This document shows positions 38,140 through 47,844 of a stretch of DNA of 64,000 bases, one piece after another. The position numbers and the translations under genes were made by a program. The notes under the pieces are model-generated. The model ran no database searches, was not told where the DNA came from, and saw only the letters and a program-made list of their open reading frames with translations. How positions within the stretch are numbered: the stretch's first letter is position 1; every line of letters starts with the position of its first letter. Source of the stretch: Planctomycetota bacterium (GTDB taxonomy: Bacteria; Planctomycetota; B15-G4); contig CBDFJQ010000002.1 in NCBI GenBank assembly GCA_965248575.1, positions 3,392,001 through 3,456,000 of the forward strand. Reading direction: 5' to 3'.

Positions 38140-38901
38140 ATGAGCAAGGCATTCCGTATCGACGACAAGCTGGCCCTCGTGACCGGCGGCGGCCGGGGAT
38201 TGGGCCGCGCCATGGCCGTGGGTTTGGCTGAGGCAGGCGCTGACATCGTGGTGGTGGCCCGCCGGGCCGAGGATCTCGCCCAGACCGTCGCCGCCGTGGA
38301 GGCTGCGGGCCGTCGTTGCGTCGCTGTCGTGGGTGACGTGGTGGACGCGGCCACAGCTAGGTCCGCTGTGGAGACCGCCCTGGCCAGCTTCGGCCGGGTC
38401 GACATCCTCGTGAACAACGCCGGCTTCATGGACATGGGCCCCATCGAAGAGACCAGCACCGAAGACTGGCGTCGCGTCCTGGACGTGAACCTCGTGGGCA
38501 GCTTCGAGTTCGCCAAGGCCGTCGCCCCCCACTTCCAGAAGCAGGGCTCCGGCAAGGTGGTGAACATCGCTTCGGTCTTGGGCACATTCGGCGTGGGCAT
38601 GGCCACGGCCTACTGCACCGCCAAGGCCGGCATCATGGGTTTCACCCGTTCGCTGGCCATGGAATGGGGCCCCCTCGGCATCCATGTGAACTGCATCGCC
38701 CCCGGTCTGTTCAACACCGACATGTCTGCTGGCGTCATTGGCAACAAGGAGTTCTACGACCAGATCATGGCCGGCATCCCGCGCGGAAAGCACGGCGAGC
38801 CCGAAGACCTGGCAGCCACGGCCGTCTATCTCTGCTCACCCGCCAGTGACCACGTGCTGGGGCAGGTCATCCATGTGGACGGCGGCGCGACGATCTCGTA
38901 G
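38140..38901 (+). CDS. short-chain dehydrogenase/reductase (KduD/gluconate 5-dehydrogenase-like)
   Basis: TGGGRGLG, NNAG, NIAS, YCTAK. Confidence 0.92.
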   Translation: MSKAFRIDDKLALVTGGGRGLGRAMAVGLAEAGADIVVVARRAEDLAQTVAAVEAAGRRCVAVVGDVVDAATARSAVETALASFGRVDILVNNAGFMDMGPIEETSTEDWRRVLDVNLVGSFEFAKAVAPHFQKQGSGKVVNIASVLGTFGVGMATAYCTAKAGIMGFTRSLAMEWGPLGIHVNCIAPGLFNTDMSAGVIGNKEFYDQIMAGIPRGKHGEPEDLAATAVYLCSPASDHVLGQVIHVDGGATIS

Positions 38902-38941
38902 GCCTCGCTCGACGGGGCAGGCCGCCAGGTCAACGCGGGCT

Positions 38942-38961
38942 CGTCCGGCGAAAGCCGGGCG
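38942..38961. terminator. GNRA-capped hairpin between convergent genes
   Basis: CGTCCGGC-GAAA-GCCGGGCG. Confidence 0.45.
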
Positions 38962-38981
38962 CCACCGGGCTCAGCCCATCC

Positions 38982-39173
38982 TCAACCCTGGCTGAGCTCC
39001 CCACCGGCCGCTTTCCAGAGCGTCGCCCGCTCTTCCCACTTGGCCAAGGCGCGGTGGTGGTAGGTCCAGATGCACGGGTCGCAGGCCGTGTTGCAGCAGT
39101 GCTCCGGCCGCGGCGGGCTGGGCTTGGGGCCGGGGTGCTCGGCGACGTCGGGCTTGTCCTCGGGGCTGGTCAC
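38982..39173 (-). CDS. small oxidoreductase-like-domain protein (CCxxxCxPC)
   Basis: PPRPEHCCNTACDPCIWTYH..AL.KWE matches the Oxidored-like pattern. Confidence 0.75.
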   Translation of the reverse strand: MTSPEDKPDVAEHPGPKPSPPRPEHCCNTACDPCIWTYHHRALAKWEERATLWKAAGGELSQG

Positions 39174-39218
39174 GGGGTCATGGTAGTGCGGGATGCCATG
39201 GCTGGGGAGGCGCCTCTG

Positions 39219-40427
39219 TCAGCACTCTCCCGACGACGGATCTGAGGGCCCTGCTCCGACTCCATCCCGCCTCTTCGCCGGGAGAATCACCTGCACAATG
39301 GTCCCTCCCTGGGGATTGTTCATGGCTGCAATGCTTCCGCCATGAGCCTCGACGATGGACTTGCTGATGGTGAGTCCGAGCCCCCCGCCCCGTCCGGAAT
39401 GGTCGATGGCATGGAAAGGCTCGAAGTGCTGGTCCTGTTCGCCGGGCGCGATGCCGGCTCCCATGTCCCACACCTCGATGCACACCGTGTCGTCGTCGAG
39501 CCGATCGGCATGGACCGACACCTTCCCTGGAGTGCCCGTCGCGCGGAGCGCACTCTCGACCAGGGTGTTGAGCAGCTGCGTGAGCCTCAAGGGGTCCCCC
39601 GGAACTCCGCGCAGATCCCCGAGCGCCCTCAGCTCGATCTCCACGCCCAGCGCACTCGTCTCGGCGGCATGACTGTCCACCACCTGCTGGAGCAAGGTGC
39701 CTAGATGGACACCGACCTTATGCAGGTGGATGCCGTTGCCGAAGTCCAGGAGGCTATCGATGAAGGCGAGTGCGCGCTCCGTGGCCTCCTGCACCCGCTC
39801 GAGGTTGCGCTGGACGCCACTGTCCGTGGTCCCCATGGACTGCTCGAGTTCCCTCTGGCCGAAGGCGATCACCTGCAAGGGGCTCTTGATCTCGTGTGCA
39901 ATGCCCGCGGTGAGCTGCCCCAGGGAGGCGAAGTTCCACACACTTCGCAGCTCCTTTCTCAAAGCGTCCCGCTGGGAGATGGACCGCTTGAGGCGGTTGG
40001 CGCCCACGACCCCGCTCACGAAGTGCTCGGGTGAGAGGTCCTCCCTCCGCAGCAGAACCTCTGGCGGACGCCCCAGGCTGTTCCTCGCCTCTGGGTCGAC
40101 GCCTTCCGGCACGACCAGCACGAAGGCCGCCTTCCCGAAGCGGCGCACGAGCTCCCGCGCGCTCCCCTGCTCCAGGTCGCCACTCAAACCCAGGTCCAGG
40201 ACGACCACATGAAAGGCCTTCTCAATGAGCAGCTGGCATGCCTCCACGCCGCCCACCACCGACACGGTCTGGAGCGGGAGGTCGTCGCAGCGCTCAAGCC
40301 AGTTGGCGAAGTCGCGACAGTGCTCCTGAAGGTCGGAAACCAACAACACCTGCACCGCCGCCGCGCCTGCCTGAGGACGACCGGAGGGCTTTTGCTCGTC
40401 CCCCATCTTGTTCACACGGCTCACCAT
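39219..40427 (-). CDS. cytoplasmic hybrid histidine kinase (degenerate REC + HisKA + HATPase)
   Basis: H-box AGIAHEIKSPL, G1 DMGAGI, F-box FEPF, G2 GGLGL; atypical N-box. Confidence 0.85.
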   Translation of the reverse strand: MVSRVNKMGDEQKPSGRPQAGAAAVQVLLVSDLQEHCRDFANWLERCDDLPLQTVSVVGGVEACQLLIEKAFHVVVLDLGLSGDLEQGSARELVRRFGKAAFVLVVPEGVDPEARNSLGRPPEVLLRREDLSPEHFVSGVVGANRLKRSISQRDALRKELRSVWNFASLGQLTAGIAHEIKSPLQVIAFGQRELEQSMGTTDSGVQRNLERVQEATERALAFIDSLLDFGNGIHLHKVGVHLGTLLQQVVDSHAAETSALGVEIELRALGDLRGVPGDPLRLTQLLNTLVESALRATGTPGKVSVHADRLDDDTVCIEVWDMGAGIAPGEQDQHFEPFHAIDHSGRGGGLGLTISKSIVEAHGGSIAAMNNPQGGTIVQVILPAKRRDGVGAGPSDPSSGEC

Positions 40428-40560
40428 TCACCCTCTCGGTTGTCCTGAAAAGGACCGATCCCCTGGGGTTGAGTATGAACCTGGAGAGGTCAGTCCCGAA
40501 CGTCCTTTCGGGAACCGGAATGTACTTCCCTGTATTCGTGCACACAGCCTGTCTGTTTTG

Positions 40561-41256
40561 TTAGTTGAATGCCTCTGCGACAACATCCTGGAAATGTGAG
40601 TCCCCGAAGAGATCGATGCCCAACGCTGATTTCATGAAGTAGAGCGTCAACAAAGAGACGATGCCCGCTGCGAATGTGGTGCCCAACCCGACGAAGATGA
40701 GCACCGTCAGTCGAGCAAAGGCCTGGGTCACCTGCCGGAAACGCTGGACGAGGAAGGGGACCGATTCGAGCTCTCCCCGCATCTCGGTGACAGTCTCATC
40801 CGCCACGGCGCTCTCCCGCTGTTCGTTGGCGATCCGGACTGCTGTTGCAACGAGGTGTGGCAACTTGTCGAAGCGACTCCCTTTCTCGAAGAGCCAACCG
40901 ACGCCGCCTTCGTTGATGGCCTCGATCAGTGTCTCCCGATCCGAGTGGGACGTCATGAGCACGCGGCCCACGAGAGGATGCGTGCGGCGCAGGGTCGCGA
41001 GGAACTCCAAGCCCGAATCCCCGGGCAGATCTCCTTCGCAGATCACGACATGCAGGTCTTCGCTGCGGGCGATCTTCCAAGCGTCCGTGACAGTCGCCGC
41101 CACATGCACATTGTAGTCGCTCTGCAGGAGCTCGCTCAGGATGTCGCGCACGAGGACATCGTCATCCACCAGCAGGACGGCGGGTCGTGTGTTGGGAGCA
41201 CGCGAGTCGACGCTGCTCGCGCTCTGCTCCTGCCTTCGATGGGTCATGTGGTGCAT
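40561..41256 (-). CDS. atypical response regulator receiver protein with C-terminal membrane anchor
   Basis: VLLVDDD, VVICE, RVLMTS, AINEG; C-terminal hydrophobic helix followed by YFMKSALGIDLF. Confidence 0.75.
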   Translation of the reverse strand: MHHMTHRRQEQSASSVDSRAPNTRPAVLLVDDDVLVRDILSELLQSDYNVHVAATVTDAWKIARSEDLHVVICEGDLPGDSGLEFLATLRRTHPLVGRVLMTSHSDRETLIEAINEGGVGWLFEKGSRFDKLPHLVATAVRIANEQRESAVADETVTEMRGELESVPFLVQRFRQVTQAFARLTVLIFVGLGTTFAAGIVSLLTLYFMKSALGIDLFGDSHFQDVVAEAFN

Positions 41257-41615
41257 GACCTGACTCCGACTCGAGAACCCTTCTCCGATGGTTCGGGAAC
41301 CTGCTCCCGACCACCGCCTTCTCCCCTGCCTTCCTCAAAGTGGCCTCACTGGGCCGCTCATGACTCATCGGCCGAAATAGCTGACAATTGAATCAGAAGG
41401 TGCGCTTCGGCTGAATGGGGTCGGCCAGCTGGCCCCCCCCTCGCAAGAAAACAGACGCCAACAGCCCCTTCACCAGTGAAATTCTAGCCGGGAAGATTAT
41501 TCCGACAGGGAGCCAGAGATTTCCCTTTTCAGGCTTAAGCCATCGGCCGTGCGAGGCTTGGGGCCCGGGACATGGCCGGGTACCCTCACGCGCCGCATTG
41601 CGCGACGCATCTGTG

Positions 41616-41692
<77 letters not shown>

Positions 41693-41794
41693 GCCATGCC
41701 TGAAGCCCCGCTTCGGCTTTCGGCGTCGAGAGCGGGCACGTAGAGCATCCGGGCCCACTCACTTCCCCCCGCGCTACCCATCTCCCCCGCTACC

Positions 41795-42216
41795 CCGTGG
41801 GCGGACTTGCTCAAGCGAGTCTTCGCCGTCGACGTGCTGCGCTGTCACCGCTGCGGTGGTCGGCGGGAGGTCCTGGCGCTCCTCACGCAAGGAACCGTGG
41901 TGCGCGCGATCCTGGAGTGCCTCGGCTTGCCGGCCGACGCACCGGTGATCCATCCGGCGCGCGGGCCGCCCGAGCTGTTCTGAGCCGAGGGGATCGGGGG
42001 GGAGCAGGGATCGTGCTTAGTGAGACGGGGCGACGGTGGGGGGGGATCCGTGGTGGTGCGGCCCCGGGCGGTGTGATCAACGCTCGCGAAGGGGAAGGAG
42101 GGGCCCAGGACTGCGAGTCGTCAGCGTTCGCGGCTCGCTGAGGTGCGGGACCTGACGCAGGCCCGGCGTGCGAGCGGAAGGTCCGCCACGCGAGGAGCTT
42201 TGAAACTCCTATGCTC
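41795..42216 (+). mobile_element. IS91/ISCR-family remnant: transposase C-terminus plus putative oriIS end
   Basis: 41795-41983 encodes PWADLLKRVFAVDVLRCHRCGG..ILECLGL..ARGPP*, typical of IS91/ISCR transposase ends; GCTTTGAAACTCCTATGC at 42197-42214 resembles the oriIS terminus. Confidence 0.75.
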
Positions 42217-42269
42217 TGTAAATTCAATGGTCGCAACGCGACCGACCTGACCAGCGCAGAGCAAGCACA

Positions 42270-43175
42270 ATGCGAACCACATCAGCACTTCACTGGACAC
42301 TTCTGGTTGCACTACTTGCTTTTCCCGTCGTCGCGTCGGCGCAAAATTCGACAGACGATCAAGAGCCGGTTGCCCTCCACAACCCGGTCATCTCGGCCGA
42401 CGGCGCCTGGATGGCAGCGGAGGAGCGTTCGGACCGCGGCGATGAAAACGTTCGCGTGTGGTCGACGGAAGGCAACGTCACGTTCTCCATTGAACGCGGA
42501 CAGAACCCGCGCATCAGCCGTGACTCGCGTTGGGTGAGCGCTCTGCAGAATCAGCCGCTCGAGGACTCGATGACTGCCAGGCCGAAGAACAAACGTGCGG
42601 GCCAGACACTGGTCTTGCTGGACACGCAGGATGGTTCGCGAAGGACGTTCGACTCCGTCCTGTCCTATGACATGACCCGCTCCTCGAGGACTGGGTCATG
42701 GTACTTGGTCTACTTGCAGTCACCGGAGACGAAGGCTGACGAGGAAGGGCACTCAAGAGACGAGCCGACGAAGCCAGCCGCAAGAGGACGCACGGGGGGA
42801 ACGCTGCACGTGGTTCACCTGGAGAGCGGCAACGTGGTGATCACGGTAGAAGACGTCGGACAATACGCCACTCATCAGACAGAGAATCGCGTCGCCTTTG
42901 TGGTGCAGAAGAACCTGCTGCACGAAGAAGAGACAGGCCGCGATACACTCCACATCGCCGGGTTCTCCCAGAGGAACTGGGGCATTAACGCAACATACGA
43001 CGGTGAGAAGATCGAAGGCCTGTGCTGGGCGCGCGATCGGCTCACGCTCGGGTTCCTCGACAGCACGGAGACAACAGGCAATGACGGGAAGCGGCGCGTA
43101 GACAGAGCGCTCTACACGTGGCAACGGGGCCAATCCTGGGATGAGAAGTTCACGCGGGTGGACACCCCCCAGTGA
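42270..43175 (+). pseudogene. secreted beta-propeller protein, probably a truncated S9 (prolyl oligopeptidase-like) peptidase N-terminus
   Basis: signal peptide; ISADGAW, ERGQNPRISRDSRWV; no GxSxG catalytic domain before the stop; lower GC than flanks. Confidence 0.5.
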
Positions 43176-43513
43176 CCGCCCTGTCCGAAAATACGAACGA
43201 CGTGAATCCGGGGCTCCGAGCATGAGTGATGGGTAGGATTAGAAGGCGGGGTCGGCAAATGTGAACGGTGTGTTGGGCCAGCGTCGTCGGCTGCTTGTTT
43301 CCGCACTCGTGTTCGAGTCTCATTCGGACCCCAAACAACAGCCCGCACGAACAGAGAACATGCTCGTGCACCCCGATATTCGGGGAGCCACACAACGCGC
43401 CGCGCGAGCGGCGAGAAGCCGTCGAGGTTGCCCGCTTGATGCAGGACTTCTCGTCAGTGCACCAGATCACCCTGTCGAATGGTGTGCTCGCGACAGCGCC
43501 CTAGGTCGCCCCC

Positions 43514-44344
43514 CTACCCCACCACGTCCAGCCAGGCCTGGGCCATGAGCGCTGCGCCCGCCGCGCTGGGGTGCACGCCATCGCCGGCCCAGTGCTCCGG
43601 CGGGGCGATCTTCACGGCCTCGTCGAACATCGTCTGGAACGGCACCCAGCGCGCGCCGTGTTTGGCAGCCATGCGGGCGGCGGCCGCGCGGTAGTCGTCG
43701 AAGTCCGGGAACCACGAGTCGTCGATGGCTCCGCAGCGCAGCACGAAAGGCTCGCAGAGCACGAGCTTCACGTCAGGCAGGGCTGCCCTGGTGCGGGCCA
43801 GCAGCGCGTCATAGTCCCGCTCGTAGGTCTTGGCCGTGCCGTCGTAGTCTCCGCCGCGGGTGTGCCAGATGTCGTTGACGCCGATCAGGATGCTGAGCAC
43901 ATCCGGTTGGATGTCGAGGCAGTCGGCGTCCCAACGCTCGGCCAGCTGGGGCACCTTGTTGCCGCTGATGCCACGGTTGTAGATCTGTAGTCCATCCGCG
44001 GGGCGCTTCACCAACAATCTGGTGGCGGCCAGGAAGGCGTAGCCCCAGCCCATGGCTTCTTGGTCGTTCACCTCACCGGCCCGTTCGCGACTGCGGCCGG
44101 CATCCGTGATGGAGTCGCCCTGGAAGAGCACGACATCGCCCGCACCGATGAGGGGCCCTGATCTGGATGCGGATGCGGGGTTGGCACGGACCGGGAGCGC
44201 CTCAGGAAGTGGGGTGCTGGCCGAGGCGGCCGGGGCCTTGGACCCCGCGCAACCCACCAGACCCAGTCCGCCGAGCGCCGCCAGGCTGCTGCCCAGGAAC
44301 TTGCGGCGGCCGGGCATCGCGGTGTTCAAGTCGTCGTCCTTCAT
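43514..44344 (-). CDS. SGNH/GDSL hydrolase with Tat-lipoprotein signal
   Basis: GRRKFLG..LVGC; FQGDSITD, NRGISG, LIGVND, DGVHP. Confidence 0.9.
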   Translation of the reverse strand: MKDDDLNTAMPGRRKFLGSSLAALGGLGLVGCAGSKAPAASASTPLPEALPVRANPASASRSGPLIGAGDVVLFQGDSITDAGRSRERAGEVNDQEAMGWGYAFLAATRLLVKRPADGLQIYNRGISGNKVPQLAERWDADCLDIQPDVLSILIGVNDIWHTRGGDYDGTAKTYERDYDALLARTRAALPDVKLVLCEPFVLRCGAIDDSWFPDFDDYRAAAARMAAKHGARWVPFQTMFDEAVKIAPPEHWAGDGVHPSAAGAALMAQAWLDVVG

Positions 44345-44399
44345 GACAGGTTCCTTGTGGATGTGTTGGCCGCCTGGAGCGGGGCCCTGGACTTGGACC

Positions 44400-45566
44400 T
44401 CAAGCCTTCGGCATCGCCCGTCGCAAGAAGCTGTCGAAGAGCGGCACCGTGAACGCCGTCTCACCGTGGGACGGGCTGTAGATCATGCCCTTGCCGATCA
44501 GCTGCTTTCGCCTCGGGGCGACGGATTCCACGCTCACCCCGAGCTGGGCTGCGATGTCCCCCGAGCGGTGTGGCCCCGGCCCCAGCTCGGCCATGCCGCG
44601 CAGATAGTGCTTCTCCTTGGGGGTCAGGCGATCGAAGCGCACCAAGAAGAAGTTGTTGTCCAAGTGGTCGATGACCGTCTGCCGCACGGCCTGCACATCC
44701 GCAGCCGTCACCGGGCTCCCGGTTGCTTGGTTCCACACATGTGAGCCCCACTCCTGCAGGAAATAGGGGTAGCCACCGGCCTCCTGCACCACGAGGTCGA
44801 GGGCCTCGGGTTCGATGTCGATGCCCCGTGCCTCGGCCGGAACGGACAGGGCATCTCGCGCGTCCTCGGGGCCCAGGTCACTCATCATCGGGAATTCGAA
44901 CAGTCGCTCGGCATAGCTCTTGGCTTCGCCCGCCAGCCCCGGCAGCTGGGGCAGGCCCGCGCCCACGAGCACCACGGGCAGGTCCAGTTGCGTCGTGCGG
45001 TGGATGGCCGTGATCAGCGCGCCGAACTCCTCGGCGGACAGGTACTGCACTTCGTCGATGGCCAGGAGAACGCCGGTCTGCTTGCTGCGCGCCGCCTCGC
45101 CCACCGCCACCAGCAGGTCGGTGAGGTCCTCGGCCAGCAGGCCCGAATCCGCCTCGCCACCGATCGCCGCCACGTTAAGCGAGACGCTCGCACCATCGGG
45201 CAGGTTCAGGCTGAATGCCTTGAGCACCCCCATGGCCCGCAGCACCGCCTTGGTGCCCCCGCTGCGGTCGATGCGCAGCAACACCTTGCGCAGCCACACC
45301 GCCAGCAGCATGCGGAAGTCGCCGGTCTCCGGTGCCTCGATGGCCGCCACCTGGAAGCCCTCCTGCTCGGCGATCTCGCGGAAGCGATTCAGCAGCACGG
45401 TCTTGCCCACGCCTCGCAGGCCGATCGGCACGAGGCTCTTGCCCGGCTGCCCCGCCAGGGCCCGACGCACCGTGACTCCGAAGGCGTCGATGAGCCGGTT
45501 GCGGCCCATGAGCGCAGGGGGCGGGGTGCCAGCACCCGGTCGATAGGGGTTGTCGAGGGGATCCAT
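44400..45566 (-). CDS. AAA-type ATP-binding protein with C-terminal winged helix
   Basis: NPYRPGAG.PP, Walker A GLRGVGKT, Walker B LAIDEVQ, GYPYFLQ, C-terminal LIGKGMIY..FTVPLF. Confidence 0.88.
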   Translation of the reverse strand: MDPLDNPYRPGAGTPPPALMGRNRLIDAFGVTVRRALAGQPGKSLVPIGLRGVGKTVLLNRFREIAEQEGFQVAAIEAPETGDFRMLLAVWLRKVLLRIDRSGGTKAVLRAMGVLKAFSLNLPDGASVSLNVAAIGGEADSGLLAEDLTDLLVAVGEAARSKQTGVLLAIDEVQYLSAEEFGALITAIHRTTQLDLPVVLVGAGLPQLPGLAGEAKSYAERLFEFPMMSDLGPEDARDALSVPAEARGIDIEPEALDLVVQEAGGYPYFLQEWGSHVWNQATGSPVTAADVQAVRQTVIDHLDNNFFLVRFDRLTPKEKHYLRGMAELGPGPHRSGDIAAQLGVSVESVAPRRKQLIGKGMIYSPSHGETAFTVPLFDSFLRRAMPKA

Positions 45567-45576
45567 ATCAACAGAC

Positions 45577-45627
45577 CTTATGGCTCGGTGGAGCGATCTT
45601 ATGATTCTTATGCATCGATTCAATAAG
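45577..45627. promoter_or_regulatory. CTTATG x3 plus inverted ATAAG repeats upstream of the ATPase gene
   Basis: CTTATG at 45577, 45598 and 45607; ATAAG at 45623; AT-rich patch. Confidence 0.5.
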
Positions 45628-45690
45628 CTCCCTTGAGTGCCGTATTCGAGCCTGAAAACACCGTTTAGAGCCCAATGGGTAGCTTCCTGC

Positions 45691-47010
45691 TCAGGAAAGG
45701 CGCTTCCGCCACGCCCCGGCGAGCCCCTTGGGAAGTCCCCGAGGGAGCAGGATGCCGTCGGCCCCCAGGAAGCTCGCCAGGCTCTGGAGGGCCGACCCCA
45801 GGCCCTCCTGGAAAGCCCGCCCAGAGGCCTCGCTCTCGAAGCCCGGCTCCAGCGACAGCTTGCGGACCTCGAGCAGCGAGCGGTCCCGATGGAGCTTGGG
45901 GTCCAGCCGACCCACGAGCCGCCCCTCATGCAGGATCGGCAGAACGTAGTAGCCGTGCACGCGCTTCGCGGCCGGGACGTAGATCTCCACCCGGTAGTGG
46001 AAGCCGAGCAGCTGCTCGGCGCGACCCCGCTGCCACAGCAGTGAGTCGAAGGGCGAGAGGAGCGTGGTGCCGCGGACAGGCTGCACGCCGGCCAGCAACT
46101 CAAGGTGTTCGGGGAGCGCGAGCCACCGGCCATCCCGTGCCGAGCCCAGCCCTTCCTCCCCGGCGGCGTCCGACCGGCCATTCGACCGGCCCTCCACCTG
46201 AACGTGCACCACCGTGCCCGCTCGCAGGGCTCGATCCACCACGCGCCGCCGGTGTCCCGCCTTGAGGCCAGCGGACGTCAGATAGTTGACGAGGTGGGCC
46301 TCGCAAGCGACGCCGTTGCCGGACAGACCGCGCAGCAACCAGGCGTCCTCCTCCTGGCGGCGGGTGGCCGCGGGCAGCTCGGGATACACGCGCTCTGCCA
46401 GGTCGTAGGCCCGACGGAAGTGCCGGCGCGACGCGATGCCGATGCGCCCCGAATGCCACAGGAACTGCAGCGTGCGCTTGTCCTCCTTGGGCAGCGTCGA
46501 GCCCCAGCCGCCGTCGACCTTCAACTCGTGGGCACCGCGCTCGAAGGCCGAGCTCTCCAAGGGGCCCTCCTCGCGCAGGCGCCGCAGCACCCGTCGCCGG
46601 GAGGCCGTCGAGGTCTCGAAGTGCTTCCACCAGGACTTCCCCGCCCACAGCTCGGGGATGCGCCGCATGCGTCGCTTGGCCTCCGGCAGATGGGAGGCGG
46701 GCAGGATGCAGGCCTCGTGCGCCCAGTATTCGAAGGCCGAGCGGTCCCGGTAGACCCAGCGCTCCACCCGCTTCCGGTCATAGGCCCCGAAGCGGCTCCA
46801 GAGCGTGAGCCAGTGGGCCCGATCCACGACATTCACCGAGTCCAGCTGGAGCCCCCCGGTGCGCTCCAGGAGATCCACGAAGGCCCGCTTGCCGAGGGGG
46901 GTCTCGCCCCGCGGGGTGCCGAGCCCCTGGCGCTGGAACCAGAGGCAGCGGACCTGGTCCAGAGAGACGGCAGGGAGGGTCCGAGACCGTCGATTCGCCG
47001 CAGAAGCCAT
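45691..47010 (-). CDS. YcaQ/AlkZ (HTH_42) family crosslink-repair DNA glycosylase
   Basis: LQLDSVNVV (QxD), WSRFG, FEYWAHEAC, LLSPFDSL, YRVEIYVP..KR.HGYYVLPIL. Confidence 0.9.
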   Translation of the reverse strand: MASAANRRSRTLPAVSLDQVRCLWFQRQGLGTPRGETPLGKRAFVDLLERTGGLQLDSVNVVDRAHWLTLWSRFGAYDRKRVERWVYRDRSAFEYWAHEACILPASHLPEAKRRMRRIPELWAGKSWWKHFETSTASRRRVLRRLREEGPLESSAFERGAHELKVDGGWGSTLPKEDKRTLQFLWHSGRIGIASRRHFRRAYDLAERVYPELPAATRRQEEDAWLLRGLSGNGVACEAHLVNYLTSAGLKAGHRRRVVDRALRAGTVVHVQVEGRSNGRSDAAGEEGLGSARDGRWLALPEHLELLAGVQPVRGTTLLSPFDSLLWQRGRAEQLLGFHYRVEIYVPAAKRVHGYYVLPILHEGRLVGRLDPKLHRDRSLLEVRKLSLEPGFESEASGRAFQEGLGSALQSLASFLGADGILLPRGLPKGLAGAWRKRLS

Positions 47011-47258
47011 GCCGCGAGCATGGGCCAGCCAGCCCCCGGGCGCCAGGGGGCGACGAGCGCTGCCCGGCCACCCCATGCCGCCCTCCATGCCTCCGCCAGC
47101 ACCCTTCAAGTCCGCCCCAGGCGGGGGTCGATGGAACCCCTCGACCTGCGCGCCGCGCCGTTTTGTGGAACACTAGGGGTTCGGACGGACATGCAACGGC
47201 TTCCCGAAGCCTGACGTCAGAACCATCACGACCCTCACCATCATTCGGAACACCTCCC

Positions 47259-47483
47259 ATGAAGAAGAGCATCCAGAACCTCGGACTGGCCCTCGGCCTC
47301 TGCGCCCTCGCCGCCTGCTCCGCCGCCCAAGGCGAGTCTGCCGGTACCACGACCATCTCCGAAGCCCCCGCCTGCGAAGACAAGGCAGCCGAGTGCGAAG
47401 CCGCCAAGTCCGAGTGCAGCGCCGAAGAAGTGGCCGCTGCCAAAGAGGACAGCTGCTGCGCCGAAGAGGCCAGCGACAGCTGA
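47259..47483 (+). CDS. small Cys/Ala/Glu-rich lipoprotein
   Basis: MKK + hydrophobic core + lipobox LAAC; CEDKAAE-CEAAKSE-C..CC; GC3-biased codons. Confidence 0.7.
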   Translation: MKKSIQNLGLALGLCALAACSAAQGESAGTTTISEAPACEDKAAECEAAKSECSAEEVAAAKEDSCCAEEASDS

Positions 47484-47844
47484 GCCCCTGACTCAGGGTT
47501 CTGGCCGGCCACGGTGGTTGGGCTGAGCACCTGAAACCAGGACGCAACACCACGCCGCCGGAGACCGGCGCTGCGGAGCCCTCGGATCGCTCGATCCAAG
47601 GACACGCGCAACGGTCTCCGGCGGCTGTTCCAATTCTGATGCCGGAGCAGGGTCTGCGGCCGGACCCCAGGCCCAAAAGACCGTGGTATCTTGGGCGCCG
47701 TCCAACGATCGACCCATGGCGGCCTCCGGCTCTCCCCCCCGAACACCTGGCGCCGCCGACCTCTCCACCTCCCCTCCCTCGGCCCCGTGCGCCCGGCCCC
47801 CGAAGCCGCCGGTCGCGCCCACTCTCTCCACACCCGGAGGCTCC

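Noticed and set aside
43176..43510. Integron attC site or structured ncRNA
   Set aside because: No convincing RYYYAAC...GTTRRRY pair or recognisable RNA family by eye
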